Of a stretch of 64,000 nt of DNA, positions 19,236 through 28,950 are shown in pieces. The notes under the pieces were generated by a model that saw nothing but the letters and a program-made list of their open reading frames with translations, was not told where the DNA came from and ran no database searches. The DNA comes from Gammaproteobacteria bacterium (lineage in GTDB: Bacteria; Pseudomonadota; Gammaproteobacteria; Eutrophobiales; Eutrophobiaceae), in contig CBDCDS010000003.1 of NCBI GenBank assembly GCA_965215365.1, positions 1,888,001-1,952,000 of the forward strand, read 5' to 3'. Each line of letters opens with the position of its first letter. Position 1 is the first letter of the stretch. The position numbers and the translations under genes were made by a program.

Positions 19236-20701
19236 TCCCGCATGAATGATTGGGATAACTCGATCAACTCGGAAAGATGAGTAATAGTCTCTTTAGAAAA
19301 AGCACCTGGGTCAATACCAGGTTGACGGTACGGGGCAAGAAAAGCGAGGAGGTTTCGTATTCTTTCTACATCTGATTTTTGGGTTAACTCGGATAAGTAG
19401 GGCGTCCGAGCTGTTTGCCGTTCGTTTTGTAAGTTTTCAAATAGACGTTCCAGCTCAGCTATGGATTTGCTTTTGTTTTCCGAATATGTTCTATCAACCA
19501 GATATAAACTGATTTCAAAGTCATTGAAAATTCTTGCTGATGCACGGTCCCGGTTTTCAAAGGGAAACAATTCGTCGATATAGTTCATCACCTCACTGCC
19601 CGTCCGGTCACCTCGAATGTATTCCTGATAAAGCGTTTTGTTCTTCAATCGCAAGAGTATCAACAAGGAGAGAAGTGGTTGTGAAATCAAACCGGTTGTC
19701 ATGCTGGTTTTTCCTATGAAAACGATCAACCGGACACAGTAATCAATATCGCGCAGTGACAAGCCGAAGTGACCGCATAATACGGGCAGGAACCTGCTGA
19801 ACCGTTCAAAACCATCGAAATAAGCTCTCAGTCTTGTACTCTCACTCAGCATGATATAGAACTTCTTAAGTTGGTATCGTTCAATCAGATATTGATAGAA
19901 AACCTTTGAGTCTATGTCCGGCAGCAAAAACTCCATGTCAAAGAAACGTCGCAGGTAAATGTCCGCGTCGATTTCACCATAGACTGACCGGATAGATGAA
20001 CACAACTCGTCGCGGTTGATCCCGAATACAAAAACCATATCAGGAATGTCAAAGATATGTTTGACGCGTTCAAGCAATTCGATGGCAAAGGTAGGGCGGC
20101 AGCGGTCCAGTTCATCAATGATGAACACCAGAGGATGTTCGGTGTCTGCCTTGACCTTCCCCGATAATTCTTGCAATACTGCTTTGAGCTCGTTCTTTTT
20201 TTCTCTTTGCTGAGAATACTCATTCAAAGTCCGGTCTGCGAGTTGTTCCAGAATTCCATCAAGGTTTACACCGCTGACTTTGTGCAAGCTACCCTTGGCG
20301 CCTTGAATTAGCAGAGATTTTGCGGCCTCCTTGATTTTTCCAGATAGTTCTTGCTGCTCCTTGCGTTCCAAAAAATCAGACAACTGGCCGATGATCGCGA
20401 CCAGCGGGTCATCACAAAAATCATCTTCCCATGCGTTGAAGTAGATGGCCCGAAAGTTGTCACGTTCCAACTGCTGTTGCCAGCGTTTAAGCAAAAACGT
20501 CTTGCCCGTGCCCCATTGTCCGTGCAGACTGATAACCAATGAAGCAGATTGCCCGCTGATGAGCTTCGTCAGCTTTTCAGCGACGTCAGACCGTTTCAAT
20601 ACATCATCTGCCCACGGGTTGTTCTCCTGAACTGCCGGTTCGGGCAATTTCAGTTGAAGCGTCTCTTTAAGGTCTTGGGTTTTGGGCGGGTTGTCGTTCA
20701 T
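19232..20701 (-). CDS. KAP-family P-loop NTPase
   Basis: GQWGTGKT, YFNAWEDD, FIIDELDRCRP, YLRRFFD. Confidence 0.9.
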   Translation of the reverse strand: MNDNPPKTQDLKETLQLKLPEPAVQENNPWADDVLKRSDVAEKLTKLISGQSASLVISLHGQWGTGKTFLLKRWQQQLERDNFRAIYFNAWEDDFCDDPLVAIIGQLSDFLERKEQQELSGKIKEAAKSLLIQGAKGSLHKVSGVNLDGILEQLADRTLNEYSQQREKKNELKAVLQELSGKVKADTEHPLVFIIDELDRCRPTFAIELLERVKHIFDIPDMVFVFGINRDELCSSIRSVYGEIDADIYLRRFFDMEFLLPDIDSKVFYQYLIERYQLKKFYIMLSESTRLRAYFDGFERFSRFLPVLCGHFGLSLRDIDYCVRLIVFIGKTSMTTGLISQPLLSLLILLRLKNKTLYQEYIRGDRTGSEVMNYIDELFPFENRDRASARIFNDFEISLYLVDRTYSENKSKSIAELERLFENLQNERQTARTPYLSELTQKSDVERIRNLLAFLAPYRQPGIDPGAFSKETITHLSELIELSQSFMRD

Positions 20702-20735
20702 TGATTCAAGTGATACGGTTCTGCGGCGAGGTATA

Positions 20736-21398
20736 TCATGTCCTAATTTCTAATGTCCCGTTTCCATCCAGTTTGTACAGCTCACTCATTTGTGCTGAAA
20801 ATTGTGTCTGCCCGCCATAACTGGGATGCCGCACCTTAATGACTTCGTGCCGGCTTCTCAGGTGGCATGCTGTACGCGCTGCATCGTTGCCGATTGCAAC
20901 AAGCCGGCTTGGTTTCAAAAGCATGATAAGTTCAGAGAGAAATTCTTCCCCGGCCTTGCGTTCGCGAGCGTTATGGGAGCGATTACTGAAAGGACTGCCA
21001 GGCTCATAAGGATGTAGTGGGAAGACATTCCAGAGAAAAACAGACACTTTAATCTGTGAGAGAACGCGCCAGATAACGGCCGCAGTCTGTTCAGCAACTA
21101 TCTTACCCTTTGTTGGCCGATCAATTGACAACCTCCAACGTTCACCGTGGACTTTAATATGCACATCGTCTGTTAAGGCTAATCCAGTCCGTCTGCCCCC
21201 ACGATAGCCGAGGTCTCTCCCAATCCAGATTGAATCAACTTCCCGCTCAGTAGCCGCCTCAAGCATAGCCTGTAATATCTGTGATCGAGTAAGAGGTGCT
21301 TCATCCATATCGTGAATGGCGCATCGATTTGAATAAGGATTGAACGTATTTGCAAAATTCAGCTTACTTAACGCGTCAACATACTGCGCCGGTGTCAC
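20736..21398 (-). CDS. Uracil-DNA glycosylase superfamily protein
   Basis: GRDLGYRGGRRTGLALTD, WNVFPLHP, NR, VAIGNDA, VRHPSYGG. Confidence 0.82.
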   Translation of the reverse strand: MTPAQYVDALSKLNFANTFNPYSNRCAIHDMDEAPLTRSQILQAMLEAATEREVDSIWIGRDLGYRGGRRTGLALTDDVHIKVHGERWRLSIDRPTKGKIVAEQTAAVIWRVLSQIKVSVFLWNVFPLHPYEPGSPFSNRSHNARERKAGEEFLSELIMLLKPSRLVAIGNDAARTACHLRSRHEVIKVRHPSYGGQTQFSAQMSELYKLDGNGTLEIRT

Positions 21399-21401
21399 AT
21401 T

Positions 21402-22580
21402 TTACTCCCTGTCAATTGGCTTGTATTCAATAGTACGAGCATTACGGTCTCCAACCACGATACCACCATTGTGTTTTCGAACTTGTCTAAAGACTTTATA
21501 CCCTTCAAGAATAGCCTGCTCCCATAGCTTGAGAGGACAATTTTCTACTTCGTATCCCTGTATAAATTGCTTTACTGTTTTTAGCAGGTCAAATGAGATA
21601 CTGTCATGGTCTTCAAAAAATTTAAGATGTTTAGCGCATGAAAATATCCATGCAGTAAGCCCTTCTTCCACTACAATTGCCCGTCCACCATCTTGAGCCT
21701 CATCGTACTTGCGATCACTTCTGCGCTTCCGCTTTATAAGTCTCCGAAAGGTCGGCGACCAGTGCAGAATTGCCGCATGTGCAAAGTGAAAAACATCATG
21801 GAAGCGATAATCGTCTGGATCAAGAATACTGTCCGTAAGTGGCTCTCCAATGAAGACATCATTCCATTGCATGTCACTTTGTCCACTTTTCCTTTGTGTA
21901 ATTTTGATCTCGAATTGTGCGGGCAGCCTTTCCTCGTCTGGAAATTTGCTATCAAAAGTTGGTAAATCTGAATCAACCGGATCGAGAAAACGTCCGCGTG
22001 TTTTCTCAATATTCATCCGAGCAATTTTTGAAAAGCTTACCCCTGCCGCTTGAAGTGCCTGCAGGTAATGATCTGCGAATTTTATCAGCAAGTCGCGTGT
22101 GTTATCATTTGGGCTTTCTATAACAAGCAATGCCGTCATTGCTTTACCCAGGTTCAGCAGGGTCTCATCAAGCGCGGGTAATTGACTGACCGACGAAATA
22201 TGAGAAACCGGACCATCCGGTAAATCGCTTGCTGCAATACACCTGTCGTATTTGTCATGGTTTGACACGTTGGAAAAAATATTGTCAACGCCCATGCCGA
22301 GGCGTCGACACAATGTAGTGAAGTACCAAAGGGCATCACCGAACTCCTCCTCAACAGCTTGTTGATAGCCAGCGTATGCCTCCTCTTCCCTAGTGTACTT
22401 CTTGGTAGTCGCCATAATGCCACCGACTTCACCAAACAGGCCCATCAGTACCGGATTAAGGTTGTCGATTGGAAGTTTATCAGTCGGTTCGACCTCTCGC
22501 ATGTAATCGTGCAAGAGTATTGTGCCTTCGGATGACGGCTTGTTTAGCGGGCCTTTTTTGTTAACAAGCTCGACAATCAT
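21402..22580 (-). CDS. MazG-like nucleotide pyrophosphohydrolase with extended C-terminal domain
   Basis: GLFGEVG...EEEFGDALWY MazG motif; C-terminal YRFHDVFHFAHAAILHWSPTFR...DEAQDGGRAIVVEEG; ATGA-coupled to the upstream gene. Confidence 0.85.
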   Translation of the reverse strand: MIVELVNKKGPLNKPSSEGTILLHDYMREVEPTDKLPIDNLNPVLMGLFGEVGGIMATTKKYTREEEAYAGYQQAVEEEFGDALWYFTTLCRRLGMGVDNIFSNVSNHDKYDRCIAASDLPDGPVSHISSVSQLPALDETLLNLGKAMTALLVIESPNDNTRDLLIKFADHYLQALQAAGVSFSKIARMNIEKTRGRFLDPVDSDLPTFDSKFPDEERLPAQFEIKITQRKSGQSDMQWNDVFIGEPLTDSILDPDDYRFHDVFHFAHAAILHWSPTFRRLIKRKRRSDRKYDEAQDGGRAIVVEEGLTAWIFSCAKHLKFFEDHDSISFDLLKTVKQFIQGYEVENCPLKLWEQAILEGYKVFRQVRKHNGGIVVGDRNARTIEYKPIDRE

Positions 22581-23209
22581 GGTACCGTCGGCCAGTCTAA
22601 AGGTTCCCCAAGATAACCGCTTGCGTCCAGAGTACTGAACCAATTAAGAAAATCACTGACCAGTTCTTTGGGAAAGCGGCATTTGTGATTCCGTAGAGCA
22701 AAAACATCAACTCCATAGTCCTCGCTGAATTGTCGAGGTATTTCAGGCCCTGATCCGCCCCAGTACGCATACACCGTACTGAGCAAGACTCTATCCACCT
22801 GGGTATCGTTTTTAATGTTGTGCGGATTAGGTACACCGCCTCGGTAACTGTGATGAGAATCCTGTTGCTGCCATTGACCAAAATCGTCTTGAAAATAGAT
22901 ATTGTCACCGAACGCCTGCTTCAGACTGCCACTTAGGTTTGGCTTTTTCCGCTGAAACCGCTTGTTTTTCCAGTACTCATCAAACGCCACAGCTTCCGTT
23001 ACACACATGACGTAAACGAGGCATCTTTGCCTCCCTTTTAGTTTGCTGCCAGTGCCAACGATCCAATCTCCGATAGAGGCTGTCTTTCGAATTCTCGGTT
23101 TGCACGTAGCCAACGAACATATTCCAAAAAATGGATTGGGCGCAAAACTGTAGTCGCGAGCAACGACATAAGAAAAAAGCCTTACATCTGTTTTCTTAAC
23201 CGCAGTCAT
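22577..23209 (-). CDS. Nucleotide modification-associated domain 2 (Nmad2) protein
   Basis: FSYVVARDYSFAPNPFFGICSLATCKPRIR...GDWIVG...GDNIY signature. Confidence 0.8.
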   Translation of the reverse strand: MTAVKKTDVRLFSYVVARDYSFAPNPFFGICSLATCKPRIRKTASIGDWIVGTGSKLKGRQRCLVYVMCVTEAVAFDEYWKNKRFQRKKPNLSGSLKQAFGDNIYFQDDFGQWQQQDSHHSYRGGVPNPHNIKNDTQVDRVLLSTVYAYWGGSGPEIPRQFSEDYGVDVFALRNHKCRFPKELVSDFLNWFSTLDASGYLGEPLDWPTVP

Positions 23210-23672
23210 ACCGTTCAATATTACGCGGGGCACGATCTGTGCCATCTGGATTTTGCCAACCATCAATTTGACCATTTATGGCGTCAATAATGTGATTGCC
23301 TGTCCAACCAACCACAGCGTCAGCATACTTGTTCAATGCTTCCGGTACTTCGCACCCATTCTCGCCGTGCGCCCATACCCCCACAATTCGTTTGTCTTGT
23401 TTCTGAGCGTAGTCGATTTCCCAATTAACGTATTTGCTGTCCTTGGTTTCAGGGGAAATATAAACTACTAACGTACTCGATTGCTTAATACGTGGCGCTA
23501 AAATTTGAGACTTGATGTAATCTTCAGAATGGGCGTTGTTAGGATTATCTGAATTTATAGAATAGTCTCGAATCGTCATTCCGTGGTTGCTCAAAAGACT
23601 CTTGAGTTTGCCCAAACCATCATCATTTTCGTGGATATGACTTATGAAAATGTTTTTTATCTCATCTACCAT
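23196..23672 (-). CDS. TIR-domain protein (ThsB/DUF1863-like)
   Basis: NIFISH..., SSTLVVYISPETKDSKYVNWEI (catalytic Glu), KRIVGVW. Confidence 0.85.
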   Translation of the reverse strand: MVDEIKNIFISHIHENDDGLGKLKSLLSNHGMTIRDYSINSDNPNNAHSEDYIKSQILAPRIKQSSTLVVYISPETKDSKYVNWEIDYAQKQDKRIVGVWAHGENGCEVPEALNKYADAVVGWTGNHIIDAINGQIDGWQNPDGTDRAPRNIERYDCG

Positions 23673-23690
23673 TAAGTATCCCCCCTTGCT

Positions 23691-24188
23691 TTACTTAACC
23701 AAGTCATTCTCCTCTAAGTCAGTCAAATCTTCTACACTTGCAATATTTGCCAACAAGGAATTGTAGCTTCGTAATTCACCTTGCAAAATTTCCAGTTCAT
23801 CACGAAATTCCTTCCGTTTAGCCTGATGTTCAAAGGCCCCTGCCAGGCCCTCCTTATGCCATTTTGCGGTAAATGGCCGCACTATCTGGTTCAGCACTGG
23901 TATCGCAATCTTACTAAACTGTATTGCTTTACGCCCATGGCTGCGCAGAATCTCGCGAGTGATGGGGAAAAGTACGTAAACGCTGTCCAAGGCCGTCTTT
24001 TCATCTCCGGCATCAGACGGCAGGGGTTGGGTGACTATTCGCGTGAGCATCTCAATATAGAGTTCCCATGCGGCACTTTTGTCGGATTCCTCAAAAGTTA
24101 TCTCAGCATTAAAAAAGGCTAGATTAAGCTGAATTTTAGTCAAGCCGAATTTGCTCAAATATTCTTTTACGTTAAGCGTGTTTGTCAT
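23691..24188 (-). CDS. Hypothetical helical protein preceding TIR
   Basis: Co-oriented 165-aa ORF (AAWELYIEMLTRIVTQPL...LNQIVRPFTAKWH) 18 nt upstream of TIR. Confidence 0.7.
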   Translation of the reverse strand: MTNTLNVKEYLSKFGLTKIQLNLAFFNAEITFEESDKSAAWELYIEMLTRIVTQPLPSDAGDEKTALDSVYVLFPITREILRSHGRKAIQFSKIAIPVLNQIVRPFTAKWHKEGLAGAFEHQAKRKEFRDELEILQGELRSYNSLLANIASVEDLTDLEENDLVK

Positions 24189-24222
24189 TTTTACACTAAA
24201 CCACTGGAAATATAAGAAAATT

Positions 24223-25854
24223 TCATCCATCCCCCAGTGCCACGCCCATCATTCCAAAATGTTGAGCTATGGCATCCAATTTTTCCACCACTTCAGCATG
24301 TATTTCATCTTCTTTCATCTCCGCTGCAATTTGGTAGTAGTCCCTTTCTTTAATATCTATTCCAGCCTCTTGCATAAGATTGGAGAGCAATCTTTTTCCT
24401 TTGGTATCCTGTAAGAAGTCGGTGGTTTCAAATGGATCTTCGTATATCGCTTGGGGCAGTTGCCTTTTCATGTAATTATCAATCACCTGCGCTAGGTTTT
24501 TTCCTTTATTTTTTCCCACGAAACGCAAGATGGCCTGTGGATGGATGAGATAGTTTTCAATTTCGTAACGCTGCCAGCACAGACTTTTTATGCCGTCAGG
24601 GAGCGAACTATTTCTTGCCCCTTGATCGCCATCTCGTAACTCCACACCTCGAAAATCCGGAACACCCAAACGCATAGATGTGAAATGGTTTAATGGGAAC
24701 CCGTTTTTACCTCCCTCCTCGGCGGTCTCACGACAGAAGGGGCTTTCCAGGAATGACAACAAAGGATGTCCCAAAATCCTTGCCCATTCCCTGAGTATGT
24801 CTATGTCTGTTTTTCCTTCCGTGTATAAAATACCGGGCTCGGTCAGGGCAAGTATTATTTCCGTGTTCTCCAAGCGTAAAGTCCCCACCGCTTGGCGGCT
24901 GCTCACTTGCCGCAATTCACCGACACTTGTCAATATATGCAGGCTTTCTTTATCGGCAGCATTGATAATCTGTTCCGAGTGAGTCGCAATAATCAGTTGT
25001 GTGCCACTCTGACGGACATAGGCACGTAAATCCCGGTATATTTTCTCTTGTAGCAGGATATGCAGGTGCGCATCCGGTTCGTCGATAAGCAGCACTGAGA
25101 CTTTGTCGTGCAACAGACTTGTGTAGATGATTAGCACTTGCACAAAACCACTTGCAGCGCTGCTGAGGTCATACAACTGATCATGTTTCGTATGCTGGTA
25201 GCGTGCGAGTATTTTCGCGGTAGCGCTAGGAGTTGATAACTCGTAACCGAAAAACGTTCGGGCAACTTCCTGTAACTTTTTCCACTTTTGAGTATCCTGA
25301 CTCAAGGCAATCAGCAGATTGCGTAATATATCGCGCCCGAATCCCTCTGCCAGGAGGGTCCGGACTGCTTCGGGGGCCAGCAGGTATTCTTCTCGTTTAA
25401 TCAGGGAGACGGGCGGTATGTAAACTGGCGTGAGCGGGTTCTCATGATATTTTTCAAGATCATCCTCCTTCACGTCTTTGGTCGGGCGGGCGGCGATCAG
25501 TTCAGCCTCCTTATGCAAGATCTCAAAACCTATTTTCCATTGGTCAGTATGTATTGAGATAGAGGCGCCGGATTTTACATCCTTGTCTTTCCAAAAATGA
25601 TTAAAATCGGCCAAGGGTACCGAATGAAAGTGCAAGATGTTAAGGTTGACGGCGGTGTAGTTCCCGTCTTGTTCCCGCGCCAAGTCGTGGTTGTACTGTA
25701 TCCATTGAAGCGCTATTTCCGACCAGGCTGAGATAGCTTGCAACACCGTAGTTTTACCGGAATTGTTTGGCCCAGCTATGACGAGATGATCCGGCATCTC
25801 GAATTCCAGGTGCTCAAATTTTTTGATATTACGAATGATGACTTTGCGGATCAT
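24223..25854 (-). CDS. OLD-family-like ABC ATPase with C-terminal TOPRIM-like domain
   Basis: GPNNSGKT, SSAASG, LLIDEPDAHLH, IIATHS; then TEGKTD, RDGD, RYEIENYL. Confidence 0.85.
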   Translation of the reverse strand: MIRKVIIRNIKKFEHLEFEMPDHLVIAGPNNSGKTTVLQAISAWSEIALQWIQYNHDLAREQDGNYTAVNLNILHFHSVPLADFNHFWKDKDVKSGASISIHTDQWKIGFEILHKEAELIAARPTKDVKEDDLEKYHENPLTPVYIPPVSLIKREEYLLAPEAVRTLLAEGFGRDILRNLLIALSQDTQKWKKLQEVARTFFGYELSTPSATAKILARYQHTKHDQLYDLSSAASGFVQVLIIYTSLLHDKVSVLLIDEPDAHLHILLQEKIYRDLRAYVRQSGTQLIIATHSEQIINAADKESLHILTSVGELRQVSSRQAVGTLRLENTEIILALTEPGILYTEGKTDIDILREWARILGHPLLSFLESPFCRETAEEGGKNGFPLNHFTSMRLGVPDFRGVELRDGDQGARNSSLPDGIKSLCWQRYEIENYLIHPQAILRFVGKNKGKNLAQVIDNYMKRQLPQAIYEDPFETTDFLQDTKGKRLLSNLMQEAGIDIKERDYYQIAAEMKEDEIHAEVVEKLDAIAQHFGMMGVALGDG

Positions 25855-26209
25855 GTTTGTTTTTCTCCGGGACAAAAAGTGGTGGAGTTTTACTCCATAC
25901 AATGTGACCTTGTCTCAGCCAGTAATGACACCGGCACGGCAGGCCGGTAACGTGCACTGATGGAAATAGTGATATATGTCTGTTCGGGTGTTCGGTTATA
26001 CGCCATTTTTTGTGCACGTCAGGTGATACGTCCAGATTTACAACCTGCCGGCAGGCCTGCCGGGGACAAACAATGGCTGCATAGAACGGATATTTACGTC
26101 CGCCAACGATATACACTGTATTTTTAGCGAGATTCTCAGGCAGGTCTTCTACCCACTCAGTGTGGTAAGGATGAAATCGCGCCCATAAATTGAATAACCA
26201 CCTAATCAT
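25829..26209 (-). CDS. DUF6527-like Cys/His protein
   Basis: CPRQAC...W...SLFPSV....CRCHYWL..G.IVW; overlaps both neighbours. Confidence 0.75.
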   Translation of the reverse strand: MIRWLFNLWARFHPYHTEWVEDLPENLAKNTVYIVGGRKYPFYAAIVCPRQACRQVVNLDVSPDVHKKWRITEHPNRHISLFPSVHVTGLPCRCHYWLRQGHIVWSKTPPLFVPEKNKHDPQSHHS

Positions 26210-27593
26210 GATTGATATTATTTTTTACGAGCAAGCTCTTGTCACCTGTTCCTGTATAGCGTTTGAACAAGGGGTGTGGTTCGCCTGTGTCAATGTCGTT
26301 TTCATAGCACCCATGCACTAGGCGAAACCGCTGAGTGCCAAACTCATGGTTGTCGTCAAAACGGTAGGTATGAATACGGGCCAGAAAATCATTAAACGCC
26401 ATGCAGGCTGCCTGCATATTTATCGACATTACGGCTGGTTGCTCGTCGCCCACTGCTGCCAGGTATCCGGCCGCTTGCTGTCTCTGGTGATGATCCGGTG
26501 CGTTTCGCTGCCAGTTTTCAGCTGTGACCTGCTCCATGGTATAAGCGCCGCGTGACAGTAAGCTACCGCCTTCCGGATGGATGAAGTGTGAGACTGCATC
26601 AGCGTTCGTAATGTTTCCTGTACCATCGGCCTCAAGGTGTACCCCAACATCGAAATACGGAATCAGGTAAGCGCTAGCCAGACAATCCAGGTGATACCTG
26701 CCAAAGGCTGAATCCACGCAACCGAAAATAACATCACAATCTATCAATGCTGCAACGACATCAGGTGAATCCGTTAAGGCATGATAGGTATCCACCTTGG
26801 TTCCCATTCCGATTTTCTGAATTGCTTGTTTGAGGGCTGAAACCTTCGGTTGTCGCCTTTTAGCGCCATCCGTGGTGCTGTTGACAATTCGATTCAGGTT
26901 TTTTTCTTCCAGCGTATCACCATCCGCAATGACCAGCTCCCCCACGCAATTACGTGTTAACAACTCAATAATGATACTACCGGTCCCGGAACATCCGACC
27001 ACTGCCACCTTCAGGGAGCGCAGTAAATTTAAGGTTTTACTACCGAAAGTCTGTGACAACTTTTTTTGATATGCCGTGTTCCCTTCCTGTTTCTCCGGTT
27101 TCCAGATACGAATATCGTTACCGACTACAGAAACAGACTCCAGTTCAGAAAACTCTCCATTGACATCCACTGTTCGCGCCCGGATTGCACCATCGGGCAG
27201 CATTATAGCCGCCCCGTTCAGACGGTCATCGTCGAACCAGTTGCAAACTGACGCAAATAACTCCCGGTCGTTTTGGTTGTCAATCTCTGAAAATAATCCG
27301 TATCCGTTCGGGTGTGAATGAATGGTTATTATGGACTGACCGAGTCGATCAATATCGCTGATCTTTTCCGGCGTCAGGTAATCTTCAAAAGGCCAGGATA
27401 TCAACCTGCTCTTTCTTTGCGATCGAGTGTGGGGCAGGCACAAAATTTCCGAAACGATAAGGCGCTGGCAGCGCTTCCCTGAACCTTGGTTGCAAAGCAA
27501 AACGGCCGCCGCTTCCAGCCCGTCACCCGGGAAAAGATATTCGAAGACCGTCTCGTGGCGACGTTCAGTCATCACCAAAGAGACGGGTTTCAT
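26202..27593 (-). CDS. JAB peptidase-ThiF/E1 fusion (ubiquitin-like activating enzyme)
   Basis: N-terminal E..., HSHP...FSEID JAB motif; VAVVGCSGTGS, D.LEEKNLNR, K, FGCVDS E1 motifs. Confidence 0.87.
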   Translation of the reverse strand: MKPVSLVMTERRHETVFEYLFPGDGLEAAAVLLCNQGSGKRCQRLIVSEILCLPHTRSQRKSRLISWPFEDYLTPEKISDIDRLGQSIITIHSHPNGYGLFSEIDNQNDRELFASVCNWFDDDRLNGAAIMLPDGAIRARTVDVNGEFSELESVSVVGNDIRIWKPEKQEGNTAYQKKLSQTFGSKTLNLLRSLKVAVVGCSGTGSIIIELLTRNCVGELVIADGDTLEEKNLNRIVNSTTDGAKRRQPKVSALKQAIQKIGMGTKVDTYHALTDSPDVVAALIDCDVIFGCVDSAFGRYHLDCLASAYLIPYFDVGVHLEADGTGNITNADAVSHFIHPEGGSLLSRGAYTMEQVTAENWQRNAPDHHQRQQAAGYLAAVGDEQPAVMSINMQAACMAFNDFLARIHTYRFDDNHEFGTQRFRLVHGCYENDIDTGEPHPLFKRYTGTGDKSLLVKNNINHD

Positions 27594-28714
27594 TACCTTA
27601 CCTCGTTTTCTATCTCGTTTCTGACGCGCTCAACATGTTTCCAGAGACAGTCTTCGCCGGCTTTCCACTCATAATGCCGGGACCAGCGCTGCCAGGTTTG
27701 ACCAAAATGGTCTTCGGAGGCCAGCGCGTTGATTGGACTGCCATCCGATTTATTAAGCGGTGGGTCAAAATAAAACATGTCCAATGCCGAAGCGGGATAA
27801 CCGCTTGGGATAAGTATCATCAATGTTGTTTGCGCTATAGTGTAGCCAGCCAAGATGGAAAATTCTCTGATAAGCAGGCCGTGTTTTCCGTTACCCTCCG
27901 TTATTTTCTGCCACTTGGAAGAATAGTTTGCGTCCAGATATTCAGTATCCTCCGGCAGTAATTCATAAGGGTCAACATCACCTTGCTGGGCTTGTCGCCG
28001 GACAGTTTCAAAGCGCTCAATGCCCGGCTGAGCCAAATCAACCTTTGTATCAGCCTCGATTCTTTCTCTTTTGCCACCACACAACTTTTGATTGAGAGAC
28101 CACTCACCGACACTTTTTTGAACTAATGCCAGAATATCACCTCCGCTGATTTCAGCGGAAGGTACGATGTGTTTTTCACCATCAATACGGATACGATATT
28201 TTTTTCCCTTGGGTGGGCGGCGTTTATGTTTGCCGCATTTTTCAATGTCGATGGAGTCATCATCATCCTCATCGGCGGGAGGAATGACAAAGTATGAATC
28301 CTTATCCTGGACAACAATGATCATGTCGTCCGGAATTTCCACGTCAACACCGTCTTTTATATCAGCGAACAAGCGTCCGTCAGGAAATTTGTCATCTCGT
28401 TCTTTAAGAGCTTTGCCACTGATTTTTGCGGTCGGTAACTCTAATTCGTGGGAACCGTTAAACTCCGGTTGCACACCATTACGCAACCGCGGATTATTTT
28501 CGATAGAATTTTCCCCGGTGACGAACTTTTCACCGCCATGGATTAACAGGTTTTCTTCCGGCAAGAGCGGGATGTCTATACCGTCTTCCCGGTTTAGAAA
28601 AACTCGATTTTCACCGCACGCCGCAATTTCATAAAGCGTAGCGACAGAAACAAGTCCCGCGTGAACTTGCTGTTCTCGACCGTTGATTTGAACGTTCATT
28701 TTCATAGCGCCCAT
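27593..28714 (-). CDS. Multi-ubiquitin domains fused to a prokaryotic E2-like domain
   Basis: Three beta-grasp-like repeats (last: YRIRIDGE...GIERFET.RRQAQQG) followed by IPSGYPASALDMFYFDP...WQRWSRH. Confidence 0.8.
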   Translation of the reverse strand: MGAMKMNVQINGREQQVHAGLVSVATLYEIAACGENRVFLNREDGIDIPLLPEENLLIHGGEKFVTGENSIENNPRLRNGVQPEFNGSHELELPTAKISGKALKERDDKFPDGRLFADIKDGVDVEIPDDMIIVVQDKDSYFVIPPADEDDDDSIDIEKCGKHKRRPPKGKKYRIRIDGEKHIVPSAEISGGDILALVQKSVGEWSLNQKLCGGKRERIEADTKVDLAQPGIERFETVRRQAQQGDVDPYELLPEDTEYLDANYSSKWQKITEGNGKHGLLIREFSILAGYTIAQTTLMILIPSGYPASALDMFYFDPPLNKSDGSPINALASEDHFGQTWQRWSRHYEWKAGEDCLWKHVERVRNEIENEVR

Positions 28715-28950
28715 ATTAACTGCTCGCCCTCCGTTTGTCATTCCTGCTCTAATCCACACGGCAACCCCGCCGTGAACGCCCCCCCTTGCCCAACTTGCGG
28801 CAACACCATGACACTACCAGGATAACGCTGGATGAACCCACCAAAAAGGGATAAAAAGGTCGCCATGCCGGCCGTTTCCAGACAGCAATGGCGGATTCCA
28901 TTGCTATAATATAGAGCAGCCTATATAAACGTAGTATGTCGGCTCAATAA

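Noticed and set aside
23196-23672. Calling the TIR locus canonical Thoeris, or the E1/E2/JAB locus CBASS/Pycsar
   Set aside because: No ThsA-type effector and no nucleotidyltransferase/cyclase in the cluster.
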